Assembly (NCBI GenBank): GCA_963781885.1
Contig: CAWAHW010000002.1
Coordinates: 928,001 to 992,000 of the forward strand
From: an uncultured Spirochaetota bacterium
GTDB taxonomy: Bacteria; Spirochaetota; Spirochaetia; SZUA-6; Fen-1364
Length of the DNA stretch: 64,000 nucleotides
Direction of reading: 5' to 3'
In this document: piece after piece, positions 9,706-19,380 of the stretch
How the letters are laid out: each line of letters starts with the position of its first letter
How positions within the stretch are numbered: the first letter of the stretch is position 1
Made by a program: the position numbers and the translations under genes
The notes under the pieces: generated by a model
Databases searched by the model: none
Seen by the model: only the letters and a program-made list of their open reading frames with translations
Told to the model about the DNA's origin: nothing

Positions 9706-11118
9706 TCAGTCGGTGATCTTTTCTCCCTTCAGGAGCGCATCCATCTTTGCGAGCATGCCGCCCACCTGCGCTTTCGTGAGGGCGAACTCGTTCACGCCGT
9801 TCACGAATATCGCGTCGAAGTCCCGGTCGTAGGGGGCGTAATCCACGCGCACGGACTTGCCGACCCCCTTGTTGAGCGTGTATGTCACCGAGGCCTCCGG
9901 CTTGTCCGGCACGCTGCGCGCCACCTCGCCTTCGACCTGCAGGCTGATGACGGCCTGGTAGAACTTCTTGAAGTTGTCCTCGTCGGCCTTCCTGCCGTCC
10001 ATGGTGTAGGAGGCGACGACCTGGTCGGGATCGCCGGCCTTGTCGGCCTTTTTCGTCGTGCGGGTGATCGTGAAGACGTGGCTCGTCCCCGCGGCGGCGA
10101 TCTCCAGCTTGTCCACGTCGTCGATATTCGGGATGAACGTGAACTTGTCGATCACGGAGAACGGCTTCAGGTCCAGGAAGCTCACCGAGGAAGTGTCGGT
10201 GAGGTAGACCGTGGGCTGGCCCTTGATCATGAAATAGGTCTGCGTCCCTTTCTGGGCGCCGAAGATGAAGTCGACGGTGTTCGACTTGTCGCGCACGATT
10301 GCTTCACCGCTGGGCCGCGTGAGCCCGTACGGGGCGAGGTTCTTCGGATTGTCCACCGCGAAATCGGAGATCGCAACCAACTGCGTCCCCTTGATGACCT
10401 TGTCCTGCTGCTGGGAATCCAGCCCGCGCTGGATCCGGTAGGGCTGGGTGACGATGTACTGGCCGAAACCGAGCTGGTAGCTCTTTGTCTCGTCCGCGGT
10501 CTTTTGCTTCACCTCGAGGACCGTCCCGTCGTGGAGCAGGAGCTTCACGTACGTGATCTCGTCGTAGTTGAGCGCCGGGGCGATCGTCTTGGAGCGCAGG
10601 TCGTTCGCCGTCCAGTGGTAGTGCTGGCCGTTGTTCATCCATACCGTATAGACCTTCAGGTCGCCTTTCACCTGCAGGTAGTAGGTGTTGCCGGCATCCG
10701 TCTTGTTCCCGAGGTAGAGCGTGTGCGTGGTGCCGTCCTCCCAGGTCGCGGTGGCCGTCGCTTGGGGAGGGTTCAGGCCGTACTTCGCAAGGTCCGTGGG
10801 ATTCTCATCGATGGTGCGTTCCGCCGTGAGGGCGGAGAAGCTGCTGAGAAGGTCGTCCGTGTTGGAGGTGTCCAGCGCTCCGACGACCGGCGGATCCGTC
10901 ACCCACGCGCCGTTCTTCTTCTGGAGCGTGAGCGTTCCTTCGGCCCGGCCGCCAAGAACGATCTTGACGATCTTGTCCTTGTCGCCCTGGGACAGCGACG
11001 GCGTTGGGGGCGTGGCGGCAGCCGACACAGGCTTCGGCCGCGAAATGATGAAATAGGCGCCGATGATCGCCGCCAGGACGACGACAACGACGCCGAGCGT
11101 CCAGACCCTCCTGCTCAT
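9706..11118 (-). CDS. DUF4340 domain membrane-anchored protein
   Basis: Start MSRRVWTLG at 11118 (ATGA overlap with the upstream gene); repeated DLAKYGL/NLAPYGL modules; lies after a GldG-like gene. Confidence 0.8.
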   Translation of the reverse strand: MSRRVWTLGVVVVVLAAIIGAYFIISRPKPVSAAATPPTPSLSQGDKDKIVKIVLGGRAEGTLTLQKKNGAWVTDPPVVGALDTSNTDDLLSSFSALTAERTIDENPTDLAKYGLNPPQATATATWEDGTTHTLYLGNKTDAGNTYYLQVKGDLKVYTVWMNNGQHYHWTANDLRSKTIAPALNYDEITYVKLLLHDGTVLEVKQKTADETKSYQLGFGQYIVTQPYRIQRGLDSQQQDKVIKGTQLVAISDFAVDNPKNLAPYGLTRPSGEAIVRDKSNTVDFIFGAQKGTQTYFMIKGQPTVYLTDTSSVSFLDLKPFSVIDKFTFIPNIDDVDKLEIAAAGTSHVFTITRTTKKADKAGDPDQVVASYTMDGRKADEDNFKKFYQAVISLQVEGEVARSVPDKPEASVTYTLNKGVGKSVRVDYAPYDRDFDAIFVNGVNEFALTKAQVGGMLAKMDALLKGEKITD

Positions 11119-12578
11119 AGATGACGTCTCCTCATCCAGACCATGAAACCGGCCCCGAGGATCAACAGGGGAATGAGAATGACCACGACGCCCGAAAGGA
11201 TGAGCGCCCAGAGGCTGCTGATGTTCAGCCGCATTGTCTGGAGGCTCTTCGGACGGATGGTGAGGCTGTCCTTCTGTCCCTTCAGCCACCCCAGGGTATT
11301 CATGAAGAAGTCCCCATTGCCCGGGATGGCCGCGGTGAGCGACTGCGCGAGGAACCTGATGTCCCCCACGACCACAACCTGGGTGTCGGGCGCGCCCGGC
11401 TGGCTGGCCGGGTCCGTGATGGCCACGGCGAGCGTGAACGGTCCCGCGACGTCCCCGGGTTGGCGGTCCGGGGAGGTGGCGTGCTGGACGTCGCGCTTGC
11501 CGTATGACTTGCTCGACGAGGTGAGGAGAGGCTCGATCTTCAGGCTCTTCTTTTTCAGGTCCAGCGTTTGGATGGACTGGGACCAGGCAAGAACGACGTC
11601 GTAGTTGTTCGCCCGCAACGGGCTGTTGATGTCGTGGTACTCCAGCGTCGGGATGATATAGGCGGGGTTCTGCGTCGCGATCTTGTTCGTGTCGCCTTCC
11701 ACGACGACGATGCCCTGCACCTGCACGCCGTAGCTCTTGAGCAGCTCGGCGAGGTTGGGATACTGGTTGTCGTTCTGGAACACGTCGAAGAGGAACTCCG
11801 CGCGTCCGCCGGCGGCAAGGTACGCCCGCAGCTTGTTCGCGTCATCCGCGGTCAGGTCGTTCTTCGGCGCCAGCACGAGCACGATGTTCGCGTCATCCGG
11901 CACCGCCTTCGCCGTGAGGAAATCGAGGCTCTTCACCTCGTAGTTCTCATTCGCGACGGCCGACGTGAGCCCCAGGGAGTCGATGGTCTGCTCGCCGTGC
12001 CCCGCCAGCATATAGAGCGTCACGTTCTTCTGCGCCGTCACGTACAGCACGGCGGCCGTGACGCGCTGCTCCACGGAGAGCGACGTGAGCTGCGGCTGGG
12101 AGTTGGGATTGCTCGGATCGTAGTTCGACGTGTCGTAGTTGTACATGTCGTAGGCACCGATGCTCTTGTACTTGGCCCCCGTCGCCACGACCAGCGTGCC
12201 CGCGGCGAGCCCCTGGCCGGTGGGATCGTACTGCTTCGTCCAGCCGGGATTCATCTCGGGATCGATCGTCTGCAGCTTCACGTGCCGGCTGCGCGCCGCG
12301 TACTTTGCCAGTATCGCCTTCACGGTCGGGTCTTCCATGCCGGGCTTCCCGATCGTCGTGATGGTGAGGTCGGATGCCAGCCCGTCGAGGATCTTGTAGG
12401 TCTCTGGCGACAGGGAATAGATCTTGTTCTGCGTGAGGTCGAGCCTGCCGGGGATCTGGTCCACGAGCACGTTGATGGCGATGACCACGGCGAGCCCCGC
12501 GACGATGAGGAGCGTCGCGTAGCCTCCGAACCGGAACTTCCGGCTTTTCAGGGAATCGAAGAGCGATATTTTTTTCAC
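11115..12578 (-). CDS. GldG-like ABC transporter auxiliary component
   Basis: RLDLTQNKIYSLS, YMLAGHGE, GPFTLAVA, NGDFFMNTLGWL; N- and C-terminal TM helices. Confidence 0.88.
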   Translation of the reverse strand: MKKISLFDSLKSRKFRFGGYATLLIVAGLAVVIAINVLVDQIPGRLDLTQNKIYSLSPETYKILDGLASDLTITTIGKPGMEDPTVKAILAKYAARSRHVKLQTIDPEMNPGWTKQYDPTGQGLAAGTLVVATGAKYKSIGAYDMYNYDTSNYDPSNPNSQPQLTSLSVEQRVTAAVLYVTAQKNVTLYMLAGHGEQTIDSLGLTSAVANENYEVKSLDFLTAKAVPDDANIVLVLAPKNDLTADDANKLRAYLAAGGRAEFLFDVFQNDNQYPNLAELLKSYGVQVQGIVVVEGDTNKIATQNPAYIIPTLEYHDINSPLRANNYDVVLAWSQSIQTLDLKKKSLKIEPLLTSSSKSYGKRDVQHATSPDRQPGDVAGPFTLAVAITDPASQPGAPDTQVVVVGDIRFLAQSLTAAIPGNGDFFMNTLGWLKGQKDSLTIRPKSLQTMRLNISSLWALILSGVVVILIPLLILGAGFMVWMRRRHL

Positions 12579-12590
12579 GGCGTTCCTCCC

Positions 12591-13460
12591 TTACACCCAG
12601 CGCCGTTTATCGATCATGCGGATCGTGAGGAAGACGAAAGCGCCGGCAAACGAGATGTAGTAGACGATCGGGCCCAATCCGAGGATCCCCATGCCGAAAT
12701 CGTTGTAGCGTTTCACGAGGGAGAACCAGGAGAGGATCTTCGCGATCAGCCCCGTGAAGAACGGCCGGGAGAAGACGAAGAGAAGGACCACGGCTGCCGC
12801 CGCGAGGACGAATGCCGTGAGGGAGGCGACGAAGCTGCGCGTGCTGAACCAGACCAGCGCCACGAGGGCCGCGCCGAGGACCGCGAGGAAGACGAGACCC
12901 GAGATCGCGTCGCTCGGGACGCTCTGGGAGACGAAGTCGAGGATCCAGATGAGGAGGAGCGCGGCGAACGTCTCCACGGCCGCGATGAGCTGATTGTCGG
13001 TGACCGAGGAGAAGAAGAGGCCGATCGAGATGAAGGCGCATCCCATCAGGAGGAAGCCGATGTAGCCTCCGAATATCTCCCACCAGGCGAGGCCCAGGAG
13101 GGAGAAGAAGCTCATGATGACGGGGAAGAGCAACGTGATGAGGAGCGTGATGACAAAGACGCCCACGGCGGCCAGGTACTTTCCCAGCACGATGCCGGTG
13201 ATGGAGAGCGGGCTCGTGATGAGGAGCTGGTCCGTCTTCTGACGCATCTCCTCGGAGAGGAGCCGCATCGTGAGGATGGGCACGAGGAACAGGAAAATGA
13301 AGGTGAGGTTGCTGAGAACCCCCGTGAAGCTCGGATTGCCCGTGAGGAGGTTGGACAGGGCGAAGAAGACCCCCGCGATGAGGACGAAGAATCCCACGAA
13401 GACGAAACCGATGGGGGAGGAGAAATACGCCTTGAGTTCCCGACGAAGTACCGCAAGCAT
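12591..13460 (-). CDS. ABC-2 permease (GldF-like)
   Basis: RRELKAYFSSPIG, LTMRLLSEE..KTDQLLITSP, IVLGKYLA. Confidence 0.9.
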   Translation of the reverse strand: MLAVLRRELKAYFSSPIGFVFVGFFVLIAGVFFALSNLLTGNPSFTGVLSNLTFIFLFLVPILTMRLLSEEMRQKTDQLLITSPLSITGIVLGKYLAAVGVFVITLLITLLFPVIMSFFSLLGLAWWEIFGGYIGFLLMGCAFISIGLFFSSVTDNQLIAAVETFAALLLIWILDFVSQSVPSDAISGLVFLAVLGAALVALVWFSTRSFVASLTAFVLAAAAVVLLFVFSRPFFTGLIAKILSWFSLVKRYNDFGMGILGLGPIVYYISFAGAFVFLTIRMIDKRRWV

Positions 13461-13461
13461 G

Positions 13462-14409
13462 TCAGGATACCTCCTTTTCGTCCGTGATGAGGTTGAGGAA
13501 GATCTCTTCCAGCGTGAGGTCGAGGGACTTCATCATGAGCAGGGGCAGGTTGCCCCGCGCGAATGCCTGGAATACGTCGCGGCGCACGTCCACGTCCCGT
13601 TTCGCTTCGATCACGAGGTCCACCGTGCCGGGCTCCCGGCTGCCGATGCATTCGGCCTTCACGACGTGCCCCACGCCCCGCGCGACGGCAAGCGACTCCT
13701 GCTCGCCGCCGGCGACGCGCAGGCTCAGACGGTTGTCGCCGGTCATGCCGCGGGAGAGATTCTCCGCGGTATCGCTGGCCACGATCTTGCCCCTGTTGAT
13801 GATGAGCACGCGGCTGCAGACGGCCTGGACCTCGGGGAGGATGTGGGAGCTCAGGATGATCGTGTGCTCCTTTCCCAGGGCGCGGATGAGATTGCGCGTC
13901 TCGATGATCTGCTGGGGGTCCAGGCCGATGGTCGGCTCGTCCAGGATGAGGACGGGGGGCGTGCCGATCATCGCCTGCGCGATCCCGACGCGCTGCTTGT
14001 ATCCCTTGGAGAGGTTCTTGATGAGACGACCCCGCACGTCGGCGATCTTCGTCGCATCCATTGACCGCTCCATGTTCTCCTTGCGGCGCGAGCGGGCGAC
14101 GCCCTTGATGTCGCAGACGAAGGAAAGGTAGTCGCGGACGGTCATGTCCGGGTACAGCGGCGGGAGCTCGGGCATGTAGCCGATCTGCCTCTTCACCTCA
14201 AGCGGCTGCTCGAGGATGTCGTGACCGTCGAGCTTCACCGATCCTTCGGTCGCGGAGAGGTACCCGGTGATGATGTTCATGGTGGTCGACTTCCCGGCGC
14301 CATTGGGCCCGAGGAATCCCAGTATCTCACCCCTGTTCACCGTGAAATTGAGCCGGTCGACGGCCACACGCTGGCCATATTTCTTCGTGACGTTCTCGAC
14401 CTGTATCAA
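13462..14409 (-). CDS. ABC transporter ATP-binding protein (GldA-like)
   Basis: Walker A GPNGAGKST, LSKGYKQR, ILDEPT. Confidence 0.95.
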   Translation of the reverse strand: MIQVENVTKKYGQRVAVDRLNFTVNRGEILGFLGPNGAGKSTTMNIITGYLSATEGSVKLDGHDILEQPLEVKRQIGYMPELPPLYPDMTVRDYLSFVCDIKGVARSRRKENMERSMDATKIADVRGRLIKNLSKGYKQRVGIAQAMIGTPPVLILDEPTIGLDPQQIIETRNLIRALGKEHTIILSSHILPEVQAVCSRVLIINRGKIVASDTAENLSRGMTGDNRLSLRVAGGEQESLAVARGVGHVVKAECIGSREPGTVDLVIEAKRDVDVRRDVFQAFARGNLPLLMMKSLDLTLEEIFLNLITDEKEVS

Positions 14410-14485
14410 GGCGTTCTCCTTTCCATCAGGCTCTGCAGCGGTCTCTCACTCTGACTGTGTGGCAGGAGTATATCAAAAAAGCGCA

Positions 14486-15187
14486 TCATGGGTAGACTCC
14501 CTGCGCCAAATTTACAATTTTCCGCAGATCGTGGAGCATGTACGGGGGCTTCTCCCCCGGTCCGGGCCACGCCGATCCCTCGGGCGCAAACCAGCAGGCG
14601 TCGATGCCGGCGGCGCGCGCGCCGGCAATGTCGGCTGCGGGGTTGTCGCCGATGCACAGGAGATCGGCCGGCGCGATGCCCAGTGCGGCAGCCGCGGCGA
14701 GGAAAAAGCGCGGGTCGGGCTTCGCGATGCCCATCTCTTCCGATATGAGGACCGCGGAGAAATATTCCTCCAGGCCAGATGCCTGCAGCCTTCCCCGCTG
14801 GACGGTCGTGAGGCCGTTCGTGACAAGGCAGAGCTTTGCCACCCGGGCCGCCGCTGCAACGGATTCCCGCGCGTAAGGCATGAGCGGCGCGTGGGAGGCA
14901 AGCGCGGCAAGGTACCGGGCGGAGGTCGCTGCCGGATCGAAGGGAAGGCCAAGGAGCGCGATCAGGTCGGCGAAACGTCCGACTTTGAGCTCGTCAGCCG
15001 TGACCGCGCCCTGCTCGAGTCTCCTCCACCACCCGGCGTTGATGGAGCGGTAGGCGGCGGCGGCCCGCGGAAGCTGACCTTCCGGCACCATCGGCTCGAG
15101 TGTCGCTTCTATCGCGAGGCTCTCTGCCTTCTCATAGTCGAACAGCGTGTTGTCAGCGTCGAGCAGGAGTCCTCGGTACCTTTTCAT
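14486..15187 (-). CDS. HAD hydrolase, YjjG-like nucleotidase
   Basis: Start MKRYRG at 15187; DADNTLFDY, VTNG, GIAKPD, IGD...DIAGA. Confidence 0.88.
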   Translation of the reverse strand: MKRYRGLLLDADNTLFDYEKAESLAIEATLEPMVPEGQLPRAAAAYRSINAGWWRRLEQGAVTADELKVGRFADLIALLGLPFDPAATSARYLAALASHAPLMPYARESVAAAARVAKLCLVTNGLTTVQRGRLQASGLEEYFSAVLISEEMGIAKPDPRFFLAAAAALGIAPADLLCIGDNPAADIAGARAAGIDACWFAPEGSAWPGPGEKPPYMLHDLRKIVNLAQGVYP

Positions 15188-15263
15188 CGGGGGTCCCATG
15201 ATGGTCGGAAATCCTCCCCGTTGCAAGTGGGCGGCAGGCGCCCGGCAGACCGGCCAGGGGGCC

Positions 15264-15291
15264 TTGACTTTTCCCCTGCAATCCGTAAATT
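15264..15291 (+). promoter_or_regulatory. Sigma70-like promoter of the small zinc-ribbon gene
   Basis: TTGACT, 16 bp spacer, TAAATT; strong SD AAGGAGG at 15341-15347. Confidence 0.55.
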
Positions 15292-15357
15292 TTGCACGCT
15301 TCGCCCGCAGTCCAGAGGAAGCGCGGCGGAAATCCAGGAAAAGGAGGTTGACACACA

Positions 15358-15534
15358 ATGGCCGAGGTTTTGAGCAAAAACGCGAGGGTGGGAATCGTCA
15401 CCCAGAAGTTCTTCTGCACGTGCGGCGGCGAGGTGAAGATGAAGCTCGTTTTCGCCAAGGGGAAGCTTCGCAACACCGCGGAGTGCGAGAAGTGCCATCG
15501 CCAGGAGCGCAAGCCCAGCGATTTCAAGGCATAG
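15358..15534 (+). CDS. 58-aa basic zinc-ribbon protein (absent from ORF track); candidate spirochaetal bL38-like ribosomal protein
   Basis: Hand translation MAEVLSKNARVGIVTQKFFCTCGGEVKMKLVFAKGKLRNTAECEKCHRQERKPSDFKA; CxC..CxxC; AAGGAGG SD, own promoter and terminator, GC3-rich codons. Confidence 0.85.
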   Translation: MAEVLSKNARVGIVTQKFFCTCGGEVKMKLVFAKGKLRNTAECEKCHRQERKPSDFKA

Positions 15535-15548
15535 GGCGCTTCATTGCC

Positions 15549-15575
15549 ACCCATCCTGAAGGATGGGTTTTTTTT
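15549..15575 (+). terminator. Rho-independent terminator
   Basis: ACCCATCC-TGAA-GGATGGGT hairpin followed by a T tract. Confidence 0.9.
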
Positions 15576-15592
15576 GCGCCGCGCCGTGGAGC

Positions 15593-16357
15593 TTACGCGC
15601 GCAGGCGTTTCTGCCTGTCCTCCCGGCGCCATGCATCGACCTGCGCAGAAATCTCCATCTGCATTTTTCCGAGGAGCTCGACGACGGCCCGCTTTCCCCG
15701 GGGAGGAGAATAGAGGGTCAGGGGCTTCACGCGGTAGTGCGTGCCGCGGAGATTCGTCAGTATCTTCCATACCTTGGAGATCGAGTACCCGCCATCAACG
15801 GCCACGGACAGGACCGGCATCGGCTCCGCTTCCAGGATGATGCGCACCGCGCCGGCCTGAAAATCCCTCACGCGTCCCGTCCGCGACCGCGTTCCCTCGG
15901 GAAACACCACGGGACAGTAGCCCTGGCGCGAGAGTGCCGCCAGACGCCGGAGCTCCGCGTGTCCCTTTCGGTAGTCGCCGGTGCGGCTGATGAGGGCGCT
16001 TTGCCCCACGCGGAGCATGCGGGAGACCATCGGCACGCCCCGGCCAAGCTCCTTTTTGGAGACGTAGCGCACGACGCTCCGGGGGAAGGCAAGCGCGAGG
16101 GCGGGGATGTCGACGAGGCTCTGGTGATTGGAGACGACCATGAAGACCGGGGGAAGCGCCCCGCGATAATGTTCGAACTCCGTCTTCATGCCGCCCATCA
16201 TGCGCGCGAGGATGAACAGCCGCCGGGAAACCGTCTGCTGGTAGCGCGTGATGAGGTCCATGACGAACGCGGGGCGGAATATCATCACGAGGATCAGATG
16301 GATCTCCGCCCGAATGAAAATGGCAAGAACGCAAAGGACCACAAACGCCGCCATCAT
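15593..16357 (-). CDS. Lysophospholipid acyltransferase (PlsC family)
   Basis: NHQSLVD, YVSKKEL, VFPEGTRS. Confidence 0.9.
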   Translation of the reverse strand: MMAAFVVLCVLAIFIRAEIHLILVMIFRPAFVMDLITRYQQTVSRRLFILARMMGGMKTEFEHYRGALPPVFMVVSNHQSLVDIPALALAFPRSVVRYVSKKELGRGVPMVSRMLRVGQSALISRTGDYRKGHAELRRLAALSRQGYCPVVFPEGTRSRTGRVRDFQAGAVRIILEAEPMPVLSVAVDGGYSISKVWKILTNLRGTHYRVKPLTLYSPPRGKRAVVELLGKMQMEISAQVDAWRREDRQKRLRA

Positions 16358-16358
16358 G

Positions 16359-17324
16359 CTACGTGCGGGTGCTCCCTTCCGTTCCGGACGGAGTTGCGAC
16401 ATTCGTGCGGCCGTTGCCATCAAAGCGCGGCATCCTTCGACCTTCCAACGCGGCGGCCACCGCGCGGATGAAGCCGGCGTCCGTCCCGCAGCAGCCTCCG
16501 ACCACGTCAACGCCGTCCCGCACCAGGCGCGGCACGTAGGAGGCGTATTCGTGGGCGCACAGGGGGTAGACCACGCGTCCCCCCACGATCTGCGGGATGC
16601 CGGCGTTCGCCTTCATCCAGATCGGCAGGGTGGTGAGGCTGCGCAGGATCGGGGCGAGCGGCACGAACTGCTCGATCCCCGCGCCGCAATTCGCGCCGAT
16701 GAGCGAGGCGCCTGCCTCCTCCGCCCGGCGCACGCACACCTCCGGCGGGTTTCCCATCATCGTGCGGTAGCCGCGTGGTGTGGCGTTGTACGACATGCTC
16801 GCCACGACGGGCAGGTGCGTCGTCTCGGCGGCGGCGCGCACCGCAATGGCCATCTCCTCCACGTCGGTCATGGACTCTACGACGATCCAGTCGACGCCGG
16901 CCTGCGCGAGCGTCGCGGCCTGCTCGGCGAAGACGTCGTGGAGCTCCGCCGCGCTCACCTCGCCGAGGGAGATGAATCGCGCGGTGGGACCCATGTCGCC
17001 GGCGACGATTGCCGAGCGCCCGATCACCTCACGTGCGAGCGCGGCGGCCGCGGTGTTGATCTTTGCCACCTGGTCGGAGAGGCCATGCGGTTCCAGGCGG
17101 AATCTGTTGGCGCCGAAGGAATTCGTCAGCACGATGTCCGCGCCCGCCTCCAGGTAGTCGCGCGTCACCTCACGGACGATGTCGGGGTGGAGGAGATTCC
17201 ATTCATCCGGCGGGCATCCCTGCATGAGGCCGCGTTTGAAAAACTCCGTCCCCCACGCCCCGTCGGCGAGCAGCACGGTGCCTTTTTCCCAGGTTTTTCC
17301 GCGGACATCCATACCGCCCGTCAT
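16359..17324 (-). CDS. Homocysteine S-methyltransferase domain protein (stand-alone MetH N-terminal module)
   Basis: DGAWGT, AGADIVLTNSFGAN, GANCG, KANAGIP, GGCCGT Zn-binding motif. Confidence 0.92.
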   Translation of the reverse strand: MTGGMDVRGKTWEKGTVLLADGAWGTEFFKRGLMQGCPPDEWNLLHPDIVREVTRDYLEAGADIVLTNSFGANRFRLEPHGLSDQVAKINTAAAALAREVIGRSAIVAGDMGPTARFISLGEVSAAELHDVFAEQAATLAQAGVDWIVVESMTDVEEMAIAVRAAAETTHLPVVASMSYNATPRGYRTMMGNPPEVCVRRAEEAGASLIGANCGAGIEQFVPLAPILRSLTTLPIWMKANAGIPQIVGGRVVYPLCAHEYASYVPRLVRDGVDVVGGCCGTDAGFIRAVAAALEGRRMPRFDGNGRTNVATPSGTEGSTRT

Positions 17325-17380
17325 AGTAGTGAATCTGCTTGCTTGTGAAAAGGATGATATTCCATTAGGCTTGCCGCATA

Positions 17381-18541
17381 ATGGCGGTCTTTCTTATCGC
17401 TTTCGCGGCGGCGGGCGCGCTCATCCTCACCATCCATGTCGCTCTCGCCGCCGGCGTCGGGCGCGCCCTGCGCGCCGAAAGCCGCCGAAAGAGCCCCGCG
17501 CGCCCGGGCACGCCGGTGACGGGCGCGGCGCTTCCCGTTGCCGAGGTCATCGTGGCGGTGCGCGACGAGGCGGCGCGGCTTCCCCAGCTCCTTGCATCCC
17601 TGCAGGCGCAGACGGCGGACTGCCTTTTTCTTCTGGTCGACGACAGGTCGACGGACGACACGGGGCGCTGCCTCGACGAGTTCTGCGCGTCGATGGGTCC
17701 GCGCGCGCGCGTGATCCACAATCATGACGAGCCGATCGGTCTCACGGGCAAGCAGGCGGCGCTCGACCTAGCCTTTACAGAGGCGAAAGGCGAGATCCTC
17801 GTCTTCACCGACGGTGACTGCCGCGTGCCCTCTACCTGGGTGGAGGAGCTTGCCGGCCATTTCGACGACCCGAAGGTCGGAGTGGTGCTCGGCCGCATCG
17901 AGCTCCCCGAGGGAGAAAGCTTCCTGGCGCGTTTCCAGGCATTCGAGCAGCCCCTCATCAACCAGTACAATTTCGGCGCCGTGGGGCTCGGCATGCCGAT
18001 GGGCTGCTTCGGCAACAACATGGCCGTCCGGGGGGCAGCGGTCAAGGAGATCGGCGGCTTTCGCAGTCTCGGTTACGCGGTGACCGAGGATGCGCTGCTC
18101 CTGGAGGCGCTGAACCGCCAGGGGGGCTGGCAGGTCAGGGTCTGCACGGCAGCGCGCGCCGCGGCGGTCACGGCGGCCAAGACGACCTGGAAGGACTACG
18201 CCAATCAGCATGTGCGCTGGAACAGCGGCGCGCTCTTTGCCACGGACCTCCTCTCCCGCTTCTTTTACTGGTTCGTCGTGCTTTTCTACCTGGTCGGGAG
18301 CATCGTCGTGAGCCCCCTCGGTTTCCTGAACTGGCGGGTGCCCGTGCTCTCCCTGAATGCTTTTCTCAGCATCGGCATTCTTGCGGTCGTAAGCGGAGTC
18401 TACGAAGGGAAAAGGCGGGTTCCCTACTACCTTCGACTCCTCCCGCACCTTTTTTTCTTCGGTTTTTTCTACAGCTTCATCACCGTGCGCGCCCTTTTCA
18501 AACGGCCCTTCGAATGGAAAGGCGCCTCGATGCGCCCCTGA
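17381..18541 (+). CDS. Membrane glycosyltransferase family 2
   Basis: VDDRSTD, GKQAAL, FTDGDC, TED, QHVRW; C-terminal TM helices. Confidence 0.9.
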   Translation: MAVFLIAFAAAGALILTIHVALAAGVGRALRAESRRKSPARPGTPVTGAALPVAEVIVAVRDEAARLPQLLASLQAQTADCLFLLVDDRSTDDTGRCLDEFCASMGPRARVIHNHDEPIGLTGKQAALDLAFTEAKGEILVFTDGDCRVPSTWVEELAGHFDDPKVGVVLGRIELPEGESFLARFQAFEQPLINQYNFGAVGLGMPMGCFGNNMAVRGAAVKEIGGFRSLGYAVTEDALLLEALNRQGGWQVRVCTAARAAAVTAAKTTWKDYANQHVRWNSGALFATDLLSRFFYWFVVLFYLVGSIVVSPLGFLNWRVPVLSLNAFLSIGILAVVSGVYEGKRRVPYYLRLLPHLFFFGFFYSFITVRALFKRPFEWKGASMRP

Positions 18542-19291
18542 TCAGGTCCGGGGCCAATTCCGCGCGAGCAGCTCCCGGAACGAATCCGGCGTGAGAAGCG
18601 CGACATGCGCGCGGAGCCATTCCGCCTGGACGTAGCCCCAGGTGGCCAGATACGGCATGATCCGTGGGTTCGTATTGTCGCTGATGGCATCGATCTGGTC
18701 TTCCACGAAAATCGCCCGTTCGAATCCACCCTGCATGCGGAGACGCTCGACAGCGGCGAGCTTCGGCTCGCCCTCGCTGTGGATGATGCGCTCCTGCGGC
18801 AAGGCAATGCCCTGCGCTCCCAGGATCTCGGCGATGAAGGGCGGCCGTTTCGTTGAAAGGACGCAAAGAACCGCGCCCGCCGGGAGACCGGCGATGCCCG
18901 CGGCAACATGCGGGTAGATTCGGTTCATCCGCAGCCAGCCGTCCCTGTCCGCCTTCAGGAGGGAAGCGCGCGCTTCGTAGAAAAGATGCATGAATCGCTC
19001 CATCCTGCCCGATCCTGCGCGTCGCGCCTCTTCGTCGAACTGCGCCTGCGAGCCGATGGAAACGCCGTCGTCCACGAGCTTCTGGATAAGGACGAAATCC
19101 TCACCCGACCGGACAAAAGGACGCAGACGGGCGAAAGCGGCGTGCGCCTCGCTGCTGGCGGCGGGTGCGGCGCCCTGCAGGAAAAGATCATGGTAGGCCG
19201 TCCATGACGACGCGAAGCATTCCTCGATGGAGTCGCAGATAACCCCGTCGAAGTCCAGCACCAGGAGCGACGGAAACCGGCTCACGCGCAC
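18542..19291 (-). CDS. HAD family hydrolase
   Basis: LDFDGVICDS, LSTK, FVEDQ, LATWGY. Confidence 0.85.
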   Translation of the reverse strand: MRVSRFPSLLVLDFDGVICDSIEECFASSWTAYHDLFLQGAAPAASSEAHAAFARLRPFVRSGEDFVLIQKLVDDGVSIGSQAQFDEEARRAGSGRMERFMHLFYEARASLLKADRDGWLRMNRIYPHVAAGIAGLPAGAVLCVLSTKRPPFIAEILGAQGIALPQERIIHSEGEPKLAAVERLRMQGGFERAIFVEDQIDAISDNTNPRIMPYLATWGYVQAEWLRAHVALLTPDSFRELLARNWPRT

Positions 19292-19380
19292 GCCTCCGGC
19301 TCCACACTACTTGAAATGCCTCTCACGCGGAAGAGGCGCGGGAGTGTACGTCCGCGGCGACTTCCGCTATACCTGTTGCC

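Noticed and set aside
11568-13487. Long antisense or alternative-frame ORFs (e.g. 11568..13487, 24578..26167, 1205..2578)
   Set aside because: These are shadow ORFs expected at high GC; they overlap well-supported genes and have no recognisable motifs
9706-14409. Gliding-motility system
   Set aside because: GldA/F/G-like transporters with DUF4340 are widespread outside Bacteroidota, and no gldK-N or type IX secretion genes are present here
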